Source: Mobula hypostoma (Eukaryota). From it: a stretch of DNA of 64,000 nt. The DNA is taken from NCBI RefSeq assembly GCF_963921235.1, contig NC_086097.1, positions 66,156,001-66,220,000 on the forward strand, in the 5' to 3' direction. The notes below the pieces were generated by a model that was not told where the DNA came from, did not search any database, and was given only the letters and a program-made list of their open reading frames with translations. The translations under genes were made by a program, and so were the position numbers. Within the stretch, counting starts at the first letter, position 1. The number at the start of each line of letters is the position of its first letter. Below, in pieces: positions 53,101 through 63,315 of this stretch.

Positions 53101-56100
53101 CGAGGCTGGAGGCTGGAGACTAGGGGCGAGGCGAGGCTGGAGGCTGGAGACTAGGGGCGAGGCGAGGCTGGAGGCTGGAGACTAGGGGCGAAGCTGGAGA
53201 CTGGGGGTGAGGCGAGGCTGGAGACTAGGGGCGAGGCGAGGCTGGAGGCTGGAGACTAGGGGCGAGGCGAGGCTGGAGGCTGGTGACTAGGGACGGGGTG
53301 AGGCGAGGCTGGAGACTAGGGGCGAGGCAAGACTGGAGACTAGGGGTGGAGTGACGCTGGAGGCTGGAGACTAGAGACTGGAGACGCGAGGCGAGGCTGG
53401 AGACTAGAGGAGAGGCGAGGCTGGAGATGCGAGACAAGTCAAGGCGAGAGTGGAGGCTGGAGATTAGTGGCGTGGCAAGGCTGGAGATTAGTGGCGAGGC
53501 GAGGCAAGGCTGGAGGCTGGTGACTCGGGGCGAGGCGAGGCTGGAGGCTGGAGTCTAGGGACGAGGCGAGGCTGGAGGCTGGAGACTTGGGGCGAGGTGA
53601 GGATGGAGGCTGGAGACTAGGGGCGAGGCGAGGCTGGAGGCTGGAGACTAGGGGAGAAGCTGGAGACTGGGGGTGAGGCGAGGCTGGAGGCTGGAGACTT
53701 GGGGCGAGGCGAGGCTGGAGGCTGGAGACTAGGGGCGAGGCTGGAGGCTAGGGGCGAGGCGAGGCTGGAAGCTGGAGACTAGGGGCGAGGCGAGGCTGGA
53801 GGCTGGAGACTAGGGGCGAGGCGAGGCTGGAGGCTGGAGACTAGGGGCGAGGCGAGGCTGGAGGCTGGAGACTAGGGGCGAGGCGAGGCTGGAGGCTGGA
53901 GACTAGGGGCGAGGCGAGGCTGGAGGCTGGAGACACGGGGCGGGGCGAGGCTGGAGGCTGGAAACTAGGGGTGAGGCGAGGCGAGGCTGGAGGCTGGAGA
54001 CTAGGGGCGAGGCGAGGCTGTAGACTGGAGACTAGAGGCGAGGCTGTAGGCTGGAGAATAGAGGCGAGGCAAGGCTAGAGGCTGGAGACGCGAGGCGAGG
54101 CTGGAGGCTGGAGACTAGGGGTGAGGCGAGGCTGGAGACTAGGGGTGGAGTGAGGCTGGAGGCTGGAGACTAGGGGCGAGGCGAGGCTGGAGGCTGGAGA
54201 CTAGGGGCGGGGTGAGGCTGGAGGCTGGAGACTAGGGGCGAGGCAAGGCTGGAGACTAGGGGTGGAGTGAGGCTGGAGGCTGGAGACTAGGGGCGAGGCG
54301 AGGCTGGAGGCTGGAGACTAGGGGCGAGGCGAGGCTGGAGGCTGGAGACTAGGGGCGAGGCGAGGCTGGAGACTAGGGGCGAAGCGAGGCTGGAGACTAG
54401 AGGCGGGGCGAGGCTGGAGACTAGAGGCGGGGCTGGAGACTGGAGATGCAAGGCGAGGCTGGAGACTAGAGGAGAGGCGAGGCTGGAGTTGCGAGACGAG
54501 TCGAGGCTGGAGACGCGAGGCGAGGCTGGAGGCTGGAGACTAGTGGCGAGGCGAGGCTGGAGACCAGTGGCGAGGCGAGGCTGGAGACTAGGGGCGAGGC
54601 GAGGCTGGAGACTAGGGTCGAGGCGAGGCTGGAGACTAGGGGTGGACTGAGGCTGGAGGCTGGAGACTAGGGGCGAGGCGAGGCTGGAGGCTGGAGACTA
54701 GGGGCGAAGCGAGGCTGGAGGCTGGAGACTAGTGGCGAGGCTGGAGGCTAGGGGCGAGGCTGGAGGCTGGAGACTAGGGGCGAGGCGAGGCTGGAGGCTG
54801 GAGACTAGGGGCGAGGCGAGGCTGGAGGCTGGAGACTAGGGGCGAGGCGAGGCTGGAGGCTGGAGACTAGGGGCGAGGCGAGGCTGGAGGCTGGAGACTA
54901 GAGGCGGGGCGAGGCTGGAGGCTGGAGACTAGAGGCGGGGCTGGAGACTGGAGACGCGAGGCGAGGCTGGAGACTAGAGGCGAGGCGAGGCTGGAGACGC
55001 GAGACGAGGCGAGGCTGGAGACGCGAGGCGAGGCGAGGCTGGAGGCTGGAGACTAGGGGCGAGGCGAGGCTGGAGGCTGGAGACTAGGGGCGAGGCGAGG
55101 CTGGAGGCTGGAGACTAGGGGCGAGGCGAGGCTGGAGGCTGGAGACTAGAGGTGGGGCGAGGCTGGAGACTGGGGACGCGAGGCGAGGCTGGAGATGCGA
55201 GACAAGTCGAGGCGAGAGTGGAGGCTGGAGACTAGAGGCGAGGCGAGGCTGGAGACTAGAGGCGAGGCGAGGCTGGAGACTAGAGGCGAGGCGAGGCTGG
55301 AGACTAGAGGCGAGGCTGGAGGCTGGAGACTAGAGGCGAGGCGAGGCTGGAGGCTGGAGACTAGGGGCGAGGCGAGGCTGGAGGCTGTAGACTGGTGGCG
55401 AGGTTGGAGGCTAGGGGCGAGGCGAGGCTGGAGACTAGGGGCGAGGCGAGGCTGGAGGCTGGAGACTAGGGGCGAGGCGAGGCTGGAGGCTGGAGACTAG
55501 GGGCGAGGCGAGGCTGGAGGCTGGAGACTAGGGGCGAGGCTGGAGGCTGGAGACTAGGGGCGAGGTGAGGCTGGAGGCTGGAGACTAGGGGCGAGGCGAG
55601 GCTGGAGACTAGGGGCGAGGCGAGGCTGGAGGCTGGAGACTAGGGGCGAGGCGAGGCTGGAGGCTGGAGACTAGAGGCGAGGCTGGAGGCTAGGGGCGAG
55701 GCTGGAGGCTGGAGACTAGGGGCGAGGCGAGGCTGGAGGCTGGAGACTAGGGGCGAGGCGAGGCTGGAGGCTGGAGACTAGGGGCGAGGCGAGGCTGGAG
55801 GCTGGAGACGAGAGGCGAGGCGAGGCTGGAGGCTGGAGACCAGAGGCGAGGCGAGGCTGGAGGCTGGAGACCCGGGGCGGGGCGAGGCTGGAGGCTGGCA
55901 ACTAGGGGCGAGGCTGGTGGCTGGAGACTAGAGGCGTGGTGAGGCTGGTGGCTGGAGACTAGAGGCGAGGCGAGGCTGGAGGCCAGAGGCGAGGCGAGGC
56001 TGGAGGCTGGAGACTTGAGGCGAGGCTGGAGGCTGGAGACTAGAGGCGAGGCGAGGCTGGAGGCTGGAGACTAGAGGCGGGGCGAGGCTGGAGGCTGGAG

Positions 56101-59100
56101 ACTAGAGGCGAGGCGAGGCTGGAGGCTGGAGGCGAGGCTGGAGGCTAGAGGCGAGGCTGAGGCTGGAGGCTGGATACTAGAGGCGAGGCTGGAGGCTGGA
56201 GACCAGAGGCGAGGCGAGGCTGGAGTCTGGTGGCTAGAGGCGGGGCGAGCCTGGAGGCTGGAGACGAGAGGCGAGGCGAGGCTGGAGGCCAGAGGCGAGG
56301 CGAGGCTGGAGGCTGGAGACTAGAGGATTGGCGAGGTTGGAGACTAGAGGATTGGCGACGCTGGTGATGTGAGACGTGTCGAGGCTGGAGACGTAAGGCG
56401 AGGCTGGAGACTAGAGGCGAGGCGAGGCTGGAGGCTGGAGACTAGGGGCGAGGCGAGGCTGGAGACTAGCGGCGAGGCGAGGCTGGAGGCTGGAGACTAG
56501 GGGCGAGGCGAGGCTGGAGGCTGGAGACTAGAGGCGAGGCGAGGCTGGAGGCTGGAGACTGGAGACGCGAGGCGAGGCTGAAGACTAGAGGAGAGGCGAG
56601 GCTGGAGATGCGAGACAAGTCGAGGCGAGAGTGGAGGCTGGTGATGAGAGGCGAGGCGAGGCTGGAGACTAGTGGCGAGGCGAGGCTGGAGACTAGAGGC
56701 GAGGCGAGGCTGGAGGCTGGAGACTAGGGGCGAGGCGAGGCTGGAGGCTGGAGACTAGGGGCGAGGCGAGGCTGGAGGCTGGAGACTAGGGGCGAGGCGA
56801 GGCTGGAGGCTGGAGACTAGGGGTGAGGCGAGTCGAGGCTGGAGGCTGGAGACTAGGGGCGAGGCGAGGCTGTAGGCTGGAGACTAGAGGCGAGGCTGGA
56901 GGCTGGAGACTAGAGGCGAGGCGAGGCTGGAGGCTGGGAGACGCGAGGCGAGGCTGGAGGCTGGAGACTAGGGGCGAGGCGAGGCTGGAGACTAGGGGTG
57001 GAGTGAGGCTGGAGGCTGGAGACTAGGGGCGAGGCGAGGCTGGAGGCTGGTGACTAGGGACGGGGTGAGGCGAGGCTGGAGACTAGGGGCGAGGCAAGGC
57101 TGGAGACTAGGGGTGGAGTGAGGCTGGAGGCTGGAGACTAGGGGCGAGGCGAGGCTGGAGGCTGGAGACTAGGGGCGAGGCGAGGCTGGAGGCTGGTGAC
57201 TAGGGGCGAGGCGAGGCTGGAGACTAGAGGCGAGGCGAGGCTGGAGGCTGGAGACTAGAGGCGGGGCGAGGCAGGAGGCTGGAGACTAGAGGCGGGGCTG
57301 GAGACTGGAGATGCAAGGCGAGGCTGGAGACTAGAGGAGAGGCGAGGCTGGAGTTGCGAGACGAGTCGAGGCTGGAGACGCGAGGCAAGGTGAGAGTGGA
57401 GGCTGGAGACTAGTGGCGAGGCGAGGCTGGAGACCAGTGGCGAGACGAGGCTGGAGACTAGGGGCGAGGCGAGGCTGGAGACTAGGGTCGAGGCGAGGCT
57501 GGAGACTAGGGGTGGACTGAGGCTGGAGGCTGGAGACTAGGGGCGAGGCAAGACTGGAGGGTGGTGACTAAGGGAGAAGCGAAGCTGGTGGCTGTAGACT
57601 AGTGGCGAGGTTGGAGGCTAGGGGCGAGGCTGGAGGCTGGAGACTAGGGGTGGAGTGAGGCTGGAGGCTGGAGAGTAGGGGAGAGGCGAGGCTGGAGGCT
57701 GGAGACTAGGGGCGAGGCGAGGCTGGAGGCTGGAGACTAGGGGCGAGGCGAGGCTGGAGGCTGGATACTAGAGGCGGGGCGAGGCTGGAGGCTGGAGACT
57801 GGAGATGCGTGGTGAGGCTGGAGAGTAGAGGAGAGGCGAGGCTGGAGACGCGAGACGAGTCGAGGCTGGAAACGCGAGGCAAGGCGAGAGTGGAGGCTGG
57901 AGACTAGTGGCGAGGCGAGGCTGGAGGCTGGAAACTAGCAGCGAAGCGAGGCTGGAGGCTGGTGACTAGGGGCGAAGCGAGGCTGGAGGCTGGAGACTAG
58001 AGGTGGGGCGAGGCTGGAGACTGGGGACGCGAGGCGAGGCTGGAGATGCGAGACAAGTCGAGGCGAGAGTGGAGGCTGGAGATTAGTGGCGTGGCGAGGC
58101 TGGAGATTAGTGGCGAGGCGAGGCTGGAGACTAGAGGCGAGGAGAGGCTGGAGACTAGAGGCGAGGCGAGGCTGGAGACTAGAGGCGAGGCGAGGCTGGA
58201 GACTAGAGGCGATGCAAGGCTGGAGGCTGGTGACTAGGGGCGAAGCGAAGCTGGAGGCTGTAGACGAGTGGCGAGGTTGGAGGCTAGGGGCGAGGTTGGA
58301 GGCTGGAGACTAGGGGCGAGGCGAGGCTGGAGGCTGGAGACTAGGGGCGAGGCGAGGCTGGAGGCTGGAGACTAGGGGCGAGGCGAGGCTGGAGGCTGGA
58401 GACTAGGGGCGAGGCGAGGCTGGAGACTAGGGGCGGGGTGAGGCGAGGCAGGAGACTAGGGGCGAGGCGAGGCTGGAGACTAGGGGCGAGGCAAGGCTGG
58501 AGGCTGGAGACTAGGGGCGAGGCGAGGCTGGAGGCTGGAGACGAGTGGCGAGGCTGGAGGCTGAAGCGAGGCGAGGCTGGAGGCTGGAGACTAGGGGCGA
58601 GGCGAGGCTGGAGGCTGGAGACTGGGGGCGACGCGAGGGTGGAGGCTGGAGACCGGGGGCGACGCGAGGCTGGAGGCTGGAGACTAGAAGCAAGGCTGGA
58701 GGCTGGAGACCAGATGCGAGGCGAGGCTGGAGGCTGGAGACCCGGGGCGGGGCGAGGCTGGAGGCTGGAAACTAGGGGCGAGGCTGGTGGCTGGAGACTA
58801 GAGGCGTGGTGAGGCTGGTGGCTGGAGACTAGAGGCGAGGCGAGGCTGGAGACTAGAGGCTGGAGGCTGGAGACGAGAGGCGAGGCTGGAGGCTGGAGAC
58901 AAGAGGCGGGGCGAGCCAGGAGGCTGGAGACTAGAGGCGGGGTGAGCCAGGAGGCTGGAGACTAGAGGCGGGGCTGTAGGCTGGAGGCTGGAGGCGAGGC
59001 TGGAGGCTAGAGGCGAGGTGAGGTGAGACTGGATACTAGAGGTGAGTCTGGAGGCTGGAGACCAGAGGCAAGGTGAGGCTGGAGTCTGGTGGCTAGAGGC

Positions 59101-62100
59101 GGGGCGAGCCTGGAGGCTGGAGACTAGAGGCGAGGCGAGGCTGGAGAGTAGAGACATGGCGAGGCTGGAGGCTAGAGACTAGAGGATTGACGAGGTTGGA
59201 GACTAGAGGATTGGCGACGCTGGTGATGTGAGACGTGTCGAGGCTGGAGACGTAAGGCGAGGCTGGAGACTTGAGGCGAGGTGAGGCTGGAGGCTGGAGA
59301 CAAGAGGCGGGGCGAGGCTGGAGGCTGGAGACTAGAGGCGAGGCGAGGCTGGAGGCTGGAGACTAGGGGCGAAGCGAGGCTGGAGGCTGGAGACTGGAGG
59401 TGGGGCGAGGCTGGAGTCTAGAGACTGGAGACGCGAGGCGAGGCTGAAGACTAGAGGAGAGGCGAGGCTGGAGATGCGAGACAAGTCGAGGCGAGAGTGG
59501 AGGCTGGTGATTAGTGGCGTGGCAAGGCTGGAGATTAGTGGCGAGGCGAGGCTGGAGACTAGAGGCGAGGCAAGGCTGGAGGCTGGTGACTCGGGGCGAA
59601 GCGAAGCTGGAGGCTGTAGACCAGTGGCGAGGTTGGAGGCTAGGGGCGAGGCGAGGCTGGAGGCTGGAGACTAGAGGCGAGGCTGGAGGCTGGAGACTAG
59701 AGGCGAGGCTGGAGGCTGGGGGCGAGGCGAGGCTGGAGGCTGGAGACTAGGGGCGAGGCGAGGCTGGAGGCTGGAGACTAGGGGCGAGGCGAGGCTGGAG
59801 GCTGGAGACGAGGGGCGAGGCGAGGCTGGAGGCTGGAGACTAGAGGCGAGGCTGGAGGCTGGAGACTAGAGGCGAGGCTGGAGGCTGGGGGCGAGGCGAG
59901 GCTGGAGGCTGGAGACTAGGGGCGAGGCGAGGCTGGAGACTAGGGACGAGGCGAGGCTGGAGGCTGGAGACTTGGGGCGAGGCGAGGCTGGAGGCTGGAG
60001 ACTAGGGGCGAGGCGAGGCTGGAGGCTGGAGACTAGGGGCGAGGCGAGGCTGGAGGCTGGAGACTAGGGGCGAGGCGAGGCTGGAGGCTGGAGACTAGGG
60101 GCGAGGCGAGGCTGGAGGCTGGAGACTAGGGGCGAGACGAGGCTGGAGACTAGGGGCGAGGCGAGGCTGGAGACTAGGGGCAAGACGAGGCTGGAGACTA
60201 GGGGCGAGGCGAGGCTGGAGACTAGGGGCGAGGCGAGGCTGGAGGCTGGAGACTAGGGGCGAGGCGAGGCTGGAGGCTGGAGACTAGGGGCGAGGCGAGG
60301 CTGGAGGCTGTAGACGAGTGGCGATGTGGAGGCTAGGGGCGAGGCTGGAGGCTGGAGATTAGGGGCGAGGCGAGTCTGGAGGCTGGAGACTAGGGGCGAG
60401 GCGAGGCTGGAGGCTGGAGACTATGGGCGAGGCGAGGCTGGAGGCTGGAGACCGGGGGCGACGCGAGGCTGGAGGCTGGAGACTAGAAGCAAGGCTGGAG
60501 GCTGGAGACCAGATGCGAGGCGAGGCTGGAGGCTGGAGACCCGGGGCGGGGCGAGGCTGGAGGCTGGAAACTAGGGGCGAGGCTGGTGGCTGGAGACTAG
60601 AGGCGTGGTGAGGCTGGTGGCTGGAGACTAGAGGCGAGGCGAGGCTGGAGGCCAGAGGCGAGGCGAGGCTGGAGGCTGGAGACTAGGGGTGAGGCGAGGC
60701 TGGAGGCTGGAGACTAGGGACGAAGCTGGATACTAGGGGCGAGGCGAGGCTGGAGACTAGGGGCGAGGCGAGGCTGGAGGCTGGAGACTGAGGCGAGGCG
60801 AGGCTGGAGGCTGGAGACTAGGGGCGAGGCGAGGCTGGAGGCTGGAGACTAGGGGCGAGGCGAGGCTGGAGGCTGGAGACTGGGGGCGAGGCGAGGCTGG
60901 AGGCTGGAGACTAGGGGCGAGGCGAGGCTGGAGGCTGGAGACTAGGGGTGAGGCGAGGCTGGAGGCTGGAGACTAGGGGCGAGGCGAGGCTGGAGGCTGG
61001 AGACTAGGGGCGAGGCGAGGCTGGAGGCTGGAGACTAGGGGCGAGGCGAGGCTGGAGACTAGGGGCGAGGCGAGGCTGGAGGCTGGAGACTAGAGGCGAG
61101 GCTGGAGGCTGGAGACTAGGGGCGAGGCGAGGCTGGAGGCTGGAGACTAGGGGCGAGGCGAGACTGGAGGCTGGTGACTAGGGGCGAAGTGAAGCTGGAG
61201 GCTGTAGACGAGTGGCGATGTGGAGGCTAGGGGCGAGGCTGGAGGCTGGAGACTAGGGGCGAGGCGAGGCTGGAGGCTGGAGACTAGGGGCGAGGCGAGG
61301 CTGGAGGCTGGAGACTAGGGGCGAGGCGAGGCTGGAGGCTGGAGACCGGGGGCGACGCGAGGCTGGAGGCTGGAGACTAGAAGCAAGGCTGGAGGCTGGA
61401 GACCAGATGCGAGGCGAGGCTGGAGGCTGGAGACCCGGGGCGGTGCGAGGCTGGAGGCTGTAGACTAGAGGCGTGGTGAGGCTGGTGGCTGGAGACTAGA
61501 GGCGAGGCGAGGCTGGAGGCCAGAGGCGAGGCGAGGCTGGAGGCTGGAGACTTGAGGCGAGGCGAGGCTGGAGGCTGGAGACAAGAGGCGGGGCGAGCCA
61601 GGAGGCTGGAGACTAGAGGCGAGGCTGTAGGCTGGAGACTGGAGGCGAGGCTGGAGGCTGGAGACTAGAGGCGAGGTGAGGTGAGGCTAGAGACTAGAGG
61701 CGAGGCTGGAGGCTGGAGACCAGAGGCGAGGCGAGGCTGGAGTCTGGTGGCTAGAGGCGGGGCGAGCCTGGAGGCTGGAGACTAGAGGCGGGGCGAGGCT
61801 GGAGACTAGAGGCGAGGCGAGGCTGGAGACTAGAGACATGGCGAGGCTGGAGGCTGGAGACTAGAGGATTGGCGAGGTTGGAGACTAGAGGATTGGCGAC
61901 GCTGGTGATGTGAGACGTCTCGAGGCTGGAGAAGTAAGGCGAGGCTGGAGACTCGGGGCAGGGCGAGGCAAGGCTGGAGGGTGGAGACTAGGGACAAGGC
62001 GAGGCTGGAGGCTGGAAACTAGCGGCGAAGCGAGGCTGGAGGCTGGTGACTAGGGGCGAATCGAGGCTGGAGGCTGGAGACTGGAGGTGGGGCGAGGCTG

Positions 62101-63098
62101 GAGACTAGAGACTGGAGACGCGAGGCGAGGCTGGAGATGTGAGACAAGTCGAGGCGAGAGTGGAGGCTGGAGATTAGTGGCGTGGCGAGGCTGGATATTA
62201 GTGGCGATGCGAGGCTGGAGACTAGAGGCGAGGCAAGGCTGGAGGCTGGAGACTAGGGGTGAGGCGAGGCTGGAGACTAGGGGTGGAGTGAGGCTGGAGG
62301 CTGGAGACTAGTGGCGAAGTGAGGCTGAAGACTGGAGGCGAGGCGAGGCTGGAGACTGGAGGCGAGGCGAGGCTGGAGACTAGGGGTGAGGCAAGGCTGG
62401 AGGCTGGAGACTAGTGGCGAAGCGAAGCTGGAGGCTGTAGACTAGTGGCGAGGTTGGAGGCTAGGGGCGAGGCTGGAGGCTGGAGACTAGGGGCGAGGCG
62501 AGGCTGGAGGCTGGAGACTAGGGGCGAGGCGAGGCTGGAGGCTGGAGACTAGGGGCGAGGCGAGGCTGGAGGCTGGAGACTAGGGGCGACGCGAGGCTGG
62601 AGGCTGGAGACCGGGGGCGACGCGAGGCTGGAGGCTGGAGACTAGAAGCAAGGCTGGAGGCTGGAGACTAGGGGCGAGGCGAGGCTGGAGGCTGGAGACC
62701 AGGGGCGAGGCGAGGCTGGAGGCTGGAGACCAGGGGCGAGGCTGGAGGCTGGAGACCAGATGCGAGGCGAGGCTGGAGGCTGGAGACGAGGCGAGGCTGG
62801 AGGCTGGAGACTAGAGGATTGGCGAGGTTGGAGACTAGAGGATTGGCGACGCTGGTGATGTGAGACGTGTCGAGGCTGGAGACGCAAGGCGAGGCGAGAG
62901 TGGAGGTTGGAGACTAGTGGCGAGGCGAGGCTGGAACTAGTGGCAAGGCGAGGCTGGAGACTAGGGGCGAGGCAAAACTGGAGGCTGGTGACTAGGGGCG
63001 AAGCGAAGCTGGAGGCTGTAGACTGGTGGCGAGGTTGGAGGCTAGGGGCGAGGCTGGAGGCTGGAGACTAGGGGCGAGGCGAGGCTGGAGTCTGGAGA

Positions 63099-63315
63099 CT
63101 AGGGGCGAGGCGAGGCTGGAGGCTGGAGACTAGGGGCGAGGCGAGGCTGGAGGCTGGAGACTAGGGGCGAGGCGAGGCTGGAGGCTGGAGACTAGGGGCG
63201 AGGCGAGGCTGGAGGCTGGAGACTAGGGGCGAGGCGAGGCTGGAGGCTGGAGACTAGGGGCGAGGCGAGGCTGGAGGCTGGAGACTAGGGGCGAGGCGAG
63301 GCTGGAGGCTGGAGA
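63099..63315 (+). repeat. 7 perfect copies of the 31-bp consensus unit
   Basis: CTAGGGGCGAGGCGAGGCTGGAGGCTGGAGA is repeated with period 31 starting at 63099. Confidence 0.95.
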
